NCBI GenBank assembly: GCA_040954595.2
Contig: CM082585.2
Location: 1,240,318 to 1,304,317, forward strand
Direction of reading: 5' to 3'
DNA from: Balanoglossus misakiensis
Lineage: Eukaryota; Animalia; Hemichordata
DNA length: 64,000 bases
Below the pieces are notes generated by a model. The model saw only the letters and a program-made list of their open reading frames with translations, was not told the origin of the DNA and searched no databases. A program made the translations under genes and the position numbers. Each line of letters opens with the position of its first letter. The first letter of the stretch is position 1. This document shows positions 21,695-34,600 of the stretch, one piece after another.

Positions 21695-22178
21695 CTGTGC
21701 AGCAAGATCTGGAGTTATTAAGACAAGAGGTCAAGAACTCCCGGCTAGCAGCCTTTCGTCCCGGTACGCTCAGGAACCGGAATATTCAGTTCCGCTCCTA
21801 TATAAGTTTTGCACTTCACTACGGTTTGTAAGCGGTGCCTACAACGTCCACGGTTTTGGCGCTTTATGCCCAGTTTCTTAGCAGGTCGTTTAGTAGTCCT
21901 GCATCCGTTACCAATTATATTGCGGGTGTCAAGACACTTCATATACTGACCGGCCACAGCCTGAAACCTTTCGAATGCCTGGGTTTCAAATTGGCGCTCA
22001 CAGGCATCAGAAAAAGCAGTGTCCACACACCTTCTCAGAAGTTGCCTTTGACAGTTCCCATGTTGGAGGAAATTGGCAACTATTATTGATCTTTCCAACA
22101 AGTTTCATTTAACAGTTTGGTGCGCTGTTTTAATTGGCTTCTTTGCCTTTTTGAGGAAATCGAACTTGGTTCCTCCCT
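21695..22178 (+). pseudogene. N-terminal part of tyrosine recombinase (YR), truncated just after box I
   Basis: AAFRPGTLRNRNIQFRSYISF...LALYAQFLSRSFSSPASVTNYIAGVKTLH...QKLPLTVPML, then after a frameshift VWCAVLIGFFAFLRKSNLVP, which contains the first catalytic Arg. Confidence 0.85.
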
Positions 22179-22320
22179 ATAAACCAAACAACTTGTTCAT
22201 ATTTACTGTATACTAAGTGTTATTTTTTCACAATTGGGAACAGGTACATCAAATACAAATAACAATGGTAGAGTCACATTATAATATTGTGAGAAATTAC
22301 TAGTGTAAAGAAGAGTTATA

Positions 22321-23801
22321 CATGGCACGGTAGGGGGCTCACTTTTTATGGGAAAGTAACAATTATAAAATCCTTGGTCAATTCACAGTTTACTCATCTT
22401 TTCATGTCTCTACCATCTCCTGGTAATGACTTCTTTAAAAAGTATGAAACTTCAGTTTTTAGTTTTCAATTTTTTGTGGGGTGGTAAGAGACAAGATTAA
22501 GAGGAATACCATCTACAATTAATATGTAAATGGGGGTCTCAATTTGACAAATTTGCCTGCCTTTAATTTGACGCTAAAGACAGCCTGGTTTTTGAGGATC
22601 ATGTGAAACAATAGTTTATTTTGTAGTAAATGGTATAAATTTGTTCTTTCCAGTTTTGGTGGGCCCCAAGTGTATTATGCCAATTTAAAAAAAGATGATT
22701 TTCATATTTTGAACCCCATTAATTCTGTTTTCTTAAGACAAATTTATTCAGCATGGCTGCAGTATAATACCACTACAGTATCTGATAAAGACGATGTATG
22801 CCAAGAACTAATTTGCAATAATTCTGAGATACGAATTAGTGATAAGCCAATATTGTGGAATAACTTTTCAAGGAATGGTGTTATTTTTATTAATGATCTT
22901 ATCGATGCTAATTGTAAGTTTTATAATTATGAGCAGTTTACTACAATATATGGTAATATTTGTACACAATTTCAGTTATTATGTGCAATACCACTTGATT
23001 GGAAAAATATTGTACATAATTCACACTCATCCAAACTACTGGTATGTAAGCCTAATTTTCGAAATCCCAATTGTTTGTCTGGTAAAAAACTCAATAGAGA
23101 GATGTACACTTTTGTTCTGAATTTACAAACACCACAGGAGCTTTCTCCACACATAATACGTTATTGGTACGATGTATTTGATGAAGTATTTTCCTTAAAA
23201 ACTGTGTTTTCGCTTCCTTTCAAATTAACAAATGATATTAAGCTTTGGAATTTTCAGTACAAACTAATAATGAAGATCTTGCCTTCAAACCGCATGCTTT
23301 ACAAATGGCGAATAATTGACTCCCCACTTTGTATTTTTTGTAAAGATGTTGTAGAGGATTATTACCATCTTTTTTGGGATTGAATTTATACTAGTCAGTT
23401 TTGGATTTCAGTGAAAGAGTGTTTTTTTACTGTTACACTTAATACACTAAGGTTAAGTGCAATGTACTGTATTCTGGGTAATATAGATGAGGGGGGTAGT
23501 CAACTTGCAAATTTCATTCTTTTGATTGGACGTTCTTATATTTTTAAATGTAAAGTGCCGAATGTTTTGCCAAACATGCTTCAGTTTAAATCATATGTGA
23601 AATCTATTTATAAAATAGAAGATAATGTAGCCACTACAAATGATAGACAGGGGATACATCTAGAAAAATGGGGAGCTTTTGTCAACTTGTTCGTTTATTA
23701 GTGTTCTTTTTGTGGTTTCTTTCTTTTTCTTGTCTTTGTCGACTTTTTTGTTTTTGTCCTGTATTTTTGAAATGAAAAAAAAAAAAAAAAAAAAAAAAAA
23801 A
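22321..23801 (+). mobile_element. 5'-truncated non-LTR retrotransposon (Tx1/L1-like LINE ORF2 3' part) with poly(A) tail and 14-bp TSD
   Basis: Protein remnants: WHGRGLTFYGKVTIIKSLVNSQFTHLFMSLPSP; NGGLNL...LKTAW; the zf-RVT region FQYKLIMKILPSNRMLYKW...CIFCKDVVEDYYHLFWD*; and HLEKW. An A27 run lies at 23775-23801. The direct repeat AAAGAAGAGTTATA occurs at 22307-22320 and 23799-23812. Confidence 0.92.
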
Positions 23802-24430
23802 GAAGAGTTATATGTATTCAGTTTCATGTCAGTTTCTGACTTATACCAACAACAGTGTTTTCTCACATAAAATTAGGAATGATATGGATGTACTGTAATA
23901 CTGTCATTGCAACTCGGTGAACACGTATTTTCATGCAGTTTTTCCAATCAAAACTGGAAATATAATGTAATGTACAAAACATGCTCTACTAAATAAACCT
24001 TATAACTTAAAACTTAAAAATTATATCTTGTTTTGAATGAGCATTGTGCTATGTGATTTGTAGTCAGCTTTTGAATAAATTACATGTGATTTTTACATAT
24101 ACAGGAGAAATGAACAATGTCATTGTAATTATTTAAGGTATTAACTTCACATCTGATAGACAGGTTGGCAACCTCAGACTAAGTTCTTGGATGACTAAAA
24201 ACTACAAGCAAATATTCAAACTCAGTGAATGTTCTCCAGACATGACATCTCAATGAAGCTAAGCTTAAACTACCATACTACACATGACTGAGTGTACTCC
24301 TTGCTTGACATGCAAAGTAGCTAAGTTGTTAAACATCAATTCTACAAAAACCTGACATTTTAACAAACAACAACAACACATACATTTACAACATTGACAA
24401 TCACTGCATTTCAGTCTGCACTTCTCCTTG

Positions 24431-25160
24431 TAGTGGGGCAGTTAACCCAAAAATCGTGCAATTTGGGTTAAAAGCATGAAACTTGGTACACTTATGGCGG
24501 CCATTTTCTGATATGGATCTAAAATGACACAGCCCTCTAGTGACCAGAAACAGATATCAAACTTTAAAATCGTGCACTTTGGGTTAAAAGCATGAAATTT
24601 GGTACAATTATTCATTGACCCATGGTGGACATTTTCCAATATGGATCCCAAAATAGCGGCCAGAAACTGACATTCACACTTCTCTCCCATTATTGGCACT
24701 TTTTGGTCAATTGTAACACTCAGAAACAGGAATATGGGTTGTAAAACATACTTGCTTCCATACATTCCTCTGTATATTATCCTAATTGTGATGTACATGT
24801 ATCAGATCAATCTTGATGACATTCTCCTTTACAGTAACAAAGAGCACTGCTGTCAGACTAGACCTAAAGCACCTACAGGAACATGTGCATTACTTTTTAC
24901 AACTGATTTCCTGAGGTTGACTCTTTTCTTGGGCTTGACTAAGAGTTTTCCAACTTGATTTCCAATGGGATTCTGTTGGTTTGATATAGCTTTGCTAGGT
25001 TTCTCATAGCACATGTTCTTTTAGAGCTGCCTGTGTAGAAGGAATATTCTCAAGAACCCTTGACTTTCTGGAGAAGAGATATTGTCTTACCCTTTGCATG
25101 ACTTTGAGTATTCAACTGGTTCTGTTATACCGAAGAACAAATTGTTCAATTAGTAACATA
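24431..25160 (-). mobile_element. 3' end fragment of an Academ-like (XPG + Cys-rich C-terminus) DNA transposon
   Basis: Minus-strand remnants read LIEQFVLRYNRTS*...VRQYLFSRKSRVLENIPSTQAALKEHVL*, then CKK*CTCSCRCFRSSL../SALCYCKGECHQD* (stop at 24809-24807). This matches the LPPT..AL..H..RA motif plus CXC/Cys8 tail that I recall from AcademX proteins. Downstream are two diverged 116-bp subterminal units (AAAATCGTGCA.TTTGGGTTAAAAGCATGAAA.TTGGTACA at ~24450 and ~24566) and a candidate TAG terminus at 24431. Confidence 0.6.
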
Positions 25161-25221
25161 CAAGATTGATCTGATACATGTACATCAGGATTAGGAGAAT
25201 ATTCAAAGCGATCTGGAGCAG
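25161..25221 (+). repeat. Inverted copy of 24751-24815 (ORF end/3' UTR of the Academ-like fragment)
   Basis: CAAGATTGATCTGATACATGTACATCAGGATTAGGA (25161-25196) is the reverse complement of TCCTAATTGTGATGTACATGTATCAGATCAATCTTG (24780-24815) with 2 mismatches. Weaker similarity extends ~25 bp further. Confidence 0.85.
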
Positions 25222-25612
25222 ATAAGATAGGATGATTTTCTCCCGGCCTCCAGCATCTGCCAACTCCTGTCTGTCACCTAATAATCTGACAAGTCATAAT
25301 AAGGAGATTTTTCTTATTTGTGGTTTAAATAATACTGTACTTTTGGTAGGAGTTTTTGATACAGTGTGATGGAAAAGAGGAATCAGTGTTAATTTCTTTA
25401 GATGATTGTTGATTTTGTGACATTCAGGTTTTTTTCACTATTAAACATGTCACTTGATATGCTTATTTTTTTCATGAAAAATTTAAAACAAAACTTTAAA
25501 ATTACATTAGAATTTAATGAATTTTGAATTATGGTTATCTCTTACATTATTACTACTTTTATAAATATTTACATCATAATGTGTCAATTCTTTTTATCTG
25601 AATTAATTAGAC

Positions 25613-28600
25613 TGGAAGCAACCACGGAAATTTTAGAACTATCCGTCGATCTACAGAGTATAGTGGAAAACGTTCATATGCGCATAGGCCTATCAATGTG
25701 TTCTGCGCATCACAAAAGATTTTTGTAAACAAACGAGGATGTGTTTGGAAGCAACCATGGAAATTTTAGAACTATCCGTCGATCTACGGAGTCTAGTGGA
25801 AAACTTTCCAATGCGCATAGGCCTATCTATGTGTTCTGCGCATCACAACAGAATTTTGTAAACAAACGAGGATGTGTTTGGAAGCAACCATGGAAATTTT
25901 AGAACTATCCGTCGATCTACGGAGTCTAGTGGAAAACGTTCTTATGCGCATAGGCCTCTCTATGTGTTCTGCGCATCACAACAGAATTTTGTAAACACAC
26001 GATGCTTTGTTTGGAAGCAACCATGGAAATTTTAGAACTATCCGTCGATCTACGGAGTCTAGTGGAAAAATTTCTTATGCGCATAGGCATATGTATGTGT
26101 TCTACGCATCACAACATAATTCTGTAAATAAACGAGGATGTGTTTGGAAGCAACCATGGAAATTTTAGAACTATCCGTCGATATACAGAGTCTAGTGGAA
26201 AACGTTCTTATGCGCATAGGCCTCTCTATGTGTTCTGCGCATCACAACAGAATTTTGTAAACAAACGATGCTTTGTTTGGAAGCAACCATGGAAATTTTA
26301 GAACTATCCGTCGATCTACGGAGTCTAGTGGAAAAATTTCTTATGCGCATAGGCATATGTATGTGTTCTACGCATCACAACATAATTCGGTAAATAAACG
26401 AGGCTGTTTGGAAACAACCATGGAAATTTTACAACTGTCCGTCGATCTACAGAGTCTGGTGGAAAAGTTTCTTATGCGCATAGGCCTATTACGTGTTCTG
26501 CGCCTCACAACAGAATTCGGTAAATAAACGAGGCTGTTTGGAAGCAACCATGGAAATTTTAGAACTATCCGTCGATCTACGGAGTCTAGTGGAAAACTTT
26601 CCAATGCGCATAGGCCTATCTATGTGTTCTGCGCATCACAACAGAATTTTGTAAACAAACGAGGATGTGTTTGGAAGCAACCATGGAAATTTTAGAACTA
26701 TCCGTCGATCTACGGAGTCTAGTGGAAAACTTTCCAATGCGCATAGGCCTATCTATGTGTTCTGCGCATCACAACAGAATTTTGTAAACAAACGAGGATG
26801 TGTTTGGAAGCAACCATGGAAATTTTAGAACTATCCGTCGATATACAGAGTCTAGTGGAAAACGTTCTTATGCGCATAGGCCTCTCTATGTGTTCTGCGC
26901 ATCACAACAGAATTTTGTAAACAAACGATGCTTTGTTTGGAAGCAACCATGGAAATTTTAGAACTATCCGTCGATCTACGGAGTCTAGTGGAAAAATTTC
27001 TTATGCGCATAGGCATATGTATGTGTTCTACGCATCACAACATAATTCTGTAAATAAACGAGGCTGTTTGGAAACAACCATGGACATTTTACAACTGTCC
27101 GTCGATCTACAGAGTCTGGTGGAAAAGTTTCTTATGCGCATAGGCCTATTACGTGTTCTGCGCCTCACAACAGAATTCGGTAAATAAACGAGGCTGTTTG
27201 GAAGCAACCATGGAAATTTTAGAACTATCCGTCGATCTACGGAGTCTAGTGGAAAACTTTCCAATGCGCATAGGCCTATCTATGTGTTCTGCGCATCACA
27301 ACAGAATTTTGTAAACAAACGAGGATGTGTTTGGAAGCAACCATGGAAATTTTAGAACTATCCGTCGATCTACGGAGTCTAGTGGAAACATTTCCAATGC
27401 GCATAGGCCTATCTATGTGTTCTGCGCATCACAACAGAATTTTGTAAACAAACGAGGATGTGTTTGGAAGCAACCATGGAAATTTTAGAACTATCCGTCG
27501 ATATACAGAGTCTAGTGGAAAACGTTCTTATGCGCATAGGCCTCTCTATGTGTTCTGCGCATCACAACAGAATTTTGTAAACAAACGATGCTTTGTTTGG
27601 AAGCAACCATGGAAATTTTAGAACTATCCGTCGATCTACGGAGTCTAGTGGAAAAATTTCTTATGCGCATAGGCATATGTATGTGTTCTACGCATCACAA
27701 CATAATTCGGTAAATAAACGAGGCTGTTTGGAAACAACCATGGAAATTTTACAACTGTCCGTCGATCTACAGAGTCTGGTGGAAAAGTTTCTTATGCGCA
27801 TAGGCCTATTACGTGTTCTGCGCCTCACAACAGAATTCGGTAAATAAACGAGGCTGTTTGGAAGCAACCATGGAAATTTTAGAACTATCCGTCGATCTAC
27901 GGAGTCTAGTGGAAAACTTTCCAATGCGCATAGGCCTATCTATGTGTTCTGCGCATCACAACAGAATTTTGTAAACAAACGAGGATGTGTTTGGAAGCAA
28001 CCATGGAAATTTTAGAACTATCCGTCGATCTACGGAGTCTAGTGGAAAACTTTCCAATGCGCATAGGCCTATCTATGTGTTCTGCGCATCACAACAGAAT
28101 TTTGTAAACAAACGAGGATGTGTTTGGAAGCAACCATGGAAATTTTAGAACTATCCGTCGATATACAGAGTCTAGTGGAAAACGTTCTTATGCGCATAGG
28201 CCTCTCTATGTGTTCTGCGCATCACAACAGAATTTTGTAAACAAACGATGCTTTGTTTGGAAGCAACCATGGAAATTTTAGAACTATCCGTCGATCTACG
28301 GAGTCTAGTGGAAAAATTTCTTATGCGCATAGGCATATGTATGTGTTCTACGCATCACAACATAATTCGGTAAATAAACGAGGCTGTTTGGAAACAACCA
28401 TGGAAATTTTACAACTGTCCGTCGATCTACAGAGTCTGGTGGAAAAGTTTCTTATGCGCATAGGCCTATTACGTGTTCTGCGCCTCACAACAGAATTCGG
28501 TAAATAAACGAGGCTGTTTGGAAGCAACCATGGAAATTTTAGATCTATCCGTCGATCTACAGAGTCTAGTGGAAAACGTTCTTATGCGCATAGGCCTATC

Positions 28601-31600
28601 TATGTATTATGCGCATCACAACAGAATTTTGTAAACAAACGAGGATGTGTTTGGAAGCAACCATGGAAATTTTAGAACTATCCGTCGATATACAGAGTCT
28701 AGTGGAAAACGTTCTTATGCGCATAGGCCTCTCTATGTGTTCTGCGCATCACAACAGAATTTTGTAAACAAACGATGCTTTGTTTGGAAGCAACCATGGA
28801 AATTTTAGAACTATCCGTCGATCTACGGAGTCTAGTGGAAAAATTTCTTATGCGCATAGGCATATGTATGTGTTCTACGCATCACAACATAATTCTGTAA
28901 ATAAACGAGGCTGTTTGGAAACAACCATGGACATTTTACAACTGTCCGTCGATCTACAGAGTCTGGTGGAAAAGTTTCTTATGCGCATAGGCCTATTACG
29001 TGTTCTGCGCCTCACAACAGAATTCGGTAAATAAACGAGGCTGTTTGGAAGCAACCATGGAAATTTTAGAACTATCCGTCGATCTACGGAGTCTAGTGGA
29101 AAACTTTCCAATGCGCATAGGCCTATCTATGTGTTCTGCGCATCACAACAGAATTTTGTAAACAAACGAGGATGTGTTTGGAAGCAACCATGGAAATTTT
29201 AGAACTATCCGTCGATCTACGGAGTCTAGTGGAAACATTTCCAATGCGCATAGGCCTATCTATGTGTTCTGCGCATCACAACAGAATTTTGTAAACAAAC
29301 GAGGATGTGTTTGGAAGCAACCATGGAAATTTTAGAACTATCCGTCGATATACAGAGTCTAGTGGAAAACGTTCTTATGCGCATAGGCCTCTCTATGTGT
29401 TCTGCGCATCACAACAGAATTTTGTAAACAAACGATGCTTTGTTTGGAAGCAACCATGGAAATTTTAGAACTATCCGTCGATCTACGGAGTCTAGTGGAA
29501 AAATTTCTTATGCGCATAGGCCTATTACGTGTTCTGCGCCTCACAACAGAATTCGGTAAATAAACGAGGCTGTTTGGAAGCAACCATGGAAATTTTAGAA
29601 CTATCCGTCGATCTACGGAGTCTAGTGGAAAACTTTCCAATGCGCATAGGCCTATCTATGTGTTCTGCGCATCACAACAGAATTTTGTAAACAAACGAGG
29701 ATGTGTTTGGAAGCAACCATGGAAATTTTAGAACTATCCGTCGATCTACGGAGTCTAGTGGAAACATTTCCAATGCGCATAGGCCTATCTATGTGTTCTG
29801 CGCATCACAACAGAATTTTGTAAACAAACGAGGATGTGTTTGGAAGCAACCATGGAAATTTTAGAACTATCCGTCGATATACAGAGTCTAGTGGAAAACG
29901 TTCTTATGCGCATAGGCCTCTCTATGTGTTCTGCGCATCACAACAGAATTTTGTAAACAAACGATGCTTTGTTTGGAAGCAACCATGGAAATTTTAGAAC
30001 TATCCGTCGATCTACGGAGTCTAGTGGAAAAATTTCTTATGCGCATAGGCATATGTATGTGTTCTACGCATCACAACATAATTCGGTAAATAAACGAGGC
30101 TGTTTGGAAACAACCATGGAAATTTTACAACTGTCCGTCGATCTACAGAGTCTGGTGGAAAAGTTTCTTATGCGCATAGGCCTATTACGTGTTCTGCGCC
30201 TCACAACAGAATTCGGTAAATAAACGAGGCTGTTTGGAAGCAACCATGGAAATTTTAGATCTATCCGTCGATCTACAGAGTCTAGTGGAAAACGTTCTTA
30301 TGCGCATAGGCCTATCTATGTATTATGCGCATCACAACAGAATTTTGTAAACAAACGAGGATGTGTTTGGAAGCAACCATGGAAATTTTAGAACTATCCG
30401 TCGATATACAGAGTCTAGTGGAAAACGTTCTTATGCGCATAGGCCTCTCTATGTGTTCTGCGCATCACAACAGAATTTTGTAAACAAACGATGCTTTGTT
30501 TGGAAGCAACCATGGAAATTTTAGAACTATCCGTCGATCTACGGAGTCTAGTGGAAAAATTTCTTATGCGCATAGGCATATGTATGTGTTCTACGCATCA
30601 CAACATAATTCTGTAAATAAACGAGGCTGTTTGGAAACAACCATGGACATTTTACAACTGTCCGTCGATCTACAGAGTCTGGTGGAAAAGTTTCTTATGC
30701 GCATAGGCCTATTACGTGTTCTGCGCCTCACAACAGAATTCGGTAAATAAACGAGGCTGTTTGGAAGCAACCATGGAAATTTTAGAACTATCCGTCGATC
30801 TACGGAGTCTAGTGGAAAACTTTCCAATGCGCATAGGCCTATCTATGTGTTCTGCGCATCACAACAGAATTTTGTAAACAAACGAGGATGTGTTTGGAAG
30901 CAACCATGGAAATTTTAGAACTATCCGTCGATCTACGGAGTCTAGTGGAAACATTTCCAATGCGCATAGGCCTATCTATGTGTTCTGCGCATCACAACAG
31001 AATTTTGTAAACAAACGAGGATGTGTTTAGAAGCAACCATGGAAATTTTAGAACTATCCGTCGATATACAGAGTCTAGTGGAAAACGTTCTTATGCGCAT
31101 AGGCCTCTCTATGTGTTCTGCGCATCACAACAGAATTTTGTAAACAAACGATGCTTTGTTTGGAAGCAACCATGGAAATTTTAGAACTATCCGTCGATCT
31201 ACGGAGTCTAGTGGAAAAATTTCTTATGCGCATAGGCATATGTATGTGTTCTACGCATCACAACATAATTCGGTAAATAAACGAGGCTGTTTGGAAACAA
31301 CCATGGAAATTTTACAACTGTCCGTCGATCTACAGAGTCTGGTGGAAAAGTTTCTTATGCGCATAGGCCTATTACGTGTTCTGCGCCTCACAACAGAATT
31401 CGGTAAATAAACGAGGCTGTTTGGAAGCAACCATGGAAATTTTAGAACTATCCGTCGATCTACGGAGTCTAGTGGAAAACTTTCCAATGCGCATAGGCCT
31501 ATCTATGTGTTCTGCGCATCACAACAGAATTTTGTAAACAAACGAGGATGTGTTTGGAAGCAACCATGGAAATTTTAGAACTATCCGTCGATCTACGGAG

Positions 31601-34600
31601 TCTAGTGGAAAACTTTCCAATGCGCATAGGCCTATCTATGTGTTCTGCGCATCACAACAGAATTTTGTAAACAAACGAGGATGTGTTTGGAAGCAACCAT
31701 GGAAATTTTAGAACTATCCGTCGATATACAGAGTCTAGTGGAAAACGTTCTTATGCGCATAGGCCTCTCTATGTGTTCTGCGCATCACAACAGAATTTTG
31801 TAAACAAACGATGCTTTGTTTGGAAGCAACCATGGAAATTTTAGAACTATCCGTCGATCTACGGAGTCTAGTGGAAAAATTTCTTATGCGCATAGGCATA
31901 TGTATGTGTTCTACGCATCACAACATAATTCGGTAAATAAACGAGGCTGTTTGGAAACAACCATGGAAATTTTACAACTGTCCGTCGATCTACAGAGTCT
32001 GGTGGAAAAGTTTCTTATGCGCATAGGCCTATTACGTGTTCTGCGCCTCACAACAGAATTCGGTAAATAAACGAGGCTGTTTGGAAGCAACCATGGAAAT
32101 TTTAGATCTATCCGTCGATCTACAGAGTCTAGTGGAAAACGTTCTTATGCGCATAGGCCTATCTATGTATTATGCGCATCACAACAGAATTTTGTAAACA
32201 AACGAGGATGTGTTTGGAAGCAACCATGGAAATTTTAGAACTATCCGTCGATATACAGAGTCTAGTGGAAAACGTTCTTATGCGCATAGGCCTCTCTATG
32301 TGTTCTGCGCATCACAACAGAATTTTGTAAACAAACGATGCTTTGTTTGGAAGCAACCATGGAAATTTTAGAACTATCCGTCGATCTACGGAGTCTAGTG
32401 GAAAAATTTCTTATGCGCATAGGCATATGTATGTGTTCTACGCATCACAACATAATTCTGTAAATAAACGAGGCTGTTTGGAAACAACCATGGACATTTT
32501 ACAACTGTCCGTCGATCTACAGAGTCTGGTGGAAAAGTTTCTTATGCGCATAGGCCTATTACGTGTTCTGCGCCTCACAACAGAATTCGGTAAATAAACG
32601 AGGCTGTTTGGAAGCAACCATGGAAATTTTAGAACTATCCGTCGATCTACGGAGTCTAGTGGAAAACTTTCCAATGCGCATAGGCCTATCTATGTGTTCT
32701 GCGCATCACAACAGAATTTTGTAAACAAACGAGGATGTGTTTGGAAGCAACCATGGAAATTTTAGAACTATCCGTCGATCTACGGAGTCTAGTGGAAACA
32801 TTTCCAATGCGCATAGGCCTATCTATGTGTTCTGCGCATCACAACAGAATTTTGTAAACAAACGAGGATGTGTTTGGAAGCAACCATGGAAATTTTAGAA
32901 CTATCCGTCGATATACAGAGTCTAGTGGAAAACGTTCTTATGCGCATAGGCCTCTCTATGTGTTCTGCGCATCACAACAGAATTTTGTAAACAAACGATG
33001 CTTTGTTTGGAAGCAACCATGGAAATTTTAGAACTATCCGTCGATCTACGGAGTCTAGTGGAAAAATTTCTTATGCGCATAGGCATATGTATGTGTTCTA
33101 CGCATCACAACATAATTCGGTAAATAAACGAGGCTGTTTGGAAACAACCATGGAAATTTTACAACTGTCCGTCGATCTACAGAGTCTGGTGGAAAAGTTT
33201 CTTATGCGCATAGGCCTATTACGTGTTCTGCGCCTCACAACAGAATTCGGTAAATAAACGAGGCTGTTTGGAAGCAACCATGGAAATTTTAGAACTATCC
33301 GTCGATCTACGGAGTCTAGTGGAAAACTTTCCAATGCGCATAGGCCTATCTATGTGTTCTGCGCATCACAACAGAATTTTGTAAACAAACGAGGATGTGT
33401 TTGGAAGCAACCATGGAAATTTTAGAACTATCCGTCGATCTACGGAGTCTAGTGGAAACATTTCCAATGCGCATAGGCCTATCTATGTGTTCTGCGCATC
33501 ACAACAGAATTTTGTAAACAAACGAGGATGTGTTTGGAAGCAACCATGGAAATTTTAGAACTATCCGTCGATATACAGAGTCTAGTGGAAAACGTTCTTA
33601 TGCGCATAGGCCTCTCTATGTGTTCTGCGCATCACAACAGAATTTTGTAAACAAACGATGCTTTGTTTGGAAGCAACCATGGAAATTTTAGAACTATCCG
33701 TCGATCTACGGAGTCTAGTGGAAAAATTTCTTATGCGCATAGGCATATGTATGTGTTCTACGCATCACAACATAATTCGGTAAATAAACGAGGCTGTTTG
33801 GAAACAACCATGGAAATTTTACAACTGTCCGTCGATCTACAGAGTCTGGTGGAAAAGTTTCTTATGCGCATAGGCCTATTACGTGTTCTGCGCCTCACAA
33901 CAGAATTCGGTAAATAAACGAGGCTGTTTGGAAGCAACCATGGAAATTTTAGAACTATCCGTCGATCTACAGAGTCTAGTGGAAAACGTTCTTATGCGCA
34001 TAGGCCTATCTATGTATTATGCGCATCACAACAGAATTTTGTAAACAAACGAGGATGTGTTTGGAAGCAACCATGGAAATTTTAGAACTATCCGTCGATA
34101 TACAGAGTCTAGTGGAAAACGTTCTTATGCGCATAGGCCTCTCTATGTGTTCTGCGCATCACAACAGAATTTTGTAAACAAACGATGCTTTGTTTGGAAG
34201 CAACCATGGAAATTTTAGAACTATCCGTCGATCTACGGAGTCTAGTGGAAAAATTTCTTATGCGCATAGGCATATGTATGTGTTCTACGCATCACAACAG
34301 AATTCGGTAAATAAACGAGGCTGTTTGGAAACAACCATGGAAATTTTACAACTATCCGTCGATCTACAGAGTCTGGTGGAAAAGTTTCTTATGCGCATAG
34401 GCCTATTACGTGTTCTGCGCCTCACAACAGAATTCGGTAAATAAACGAGGCTGTTTTGAAGCAACCATGGAAATTTTAGAACTATCCGTCGATCTACGGA
34501 GTCTAGTGGAAAACTTTCCAATGCGCATAGGCCTATCTATGTGTTCTGCGCATCACAACAGAATTTTGTAAACAAACGAGGATGTGTTTGGAAGCAACCA

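Larger units (their letters stand above)
18735..22178 (+). mobile_element. Degenerate DIRS-order (Ngaro-like) tyrosine-recombinase retrotransposon, truncated at both ends
   Basis: Domain order is gag-like ORF1 with a Cys/His finger, RT, RNase H, then YR. There is no methyltransferase-like domain between RNase H and YR, which favours Ngaro over DIRS1. Several stops and frameshifts are present. Confidence 0.88.
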
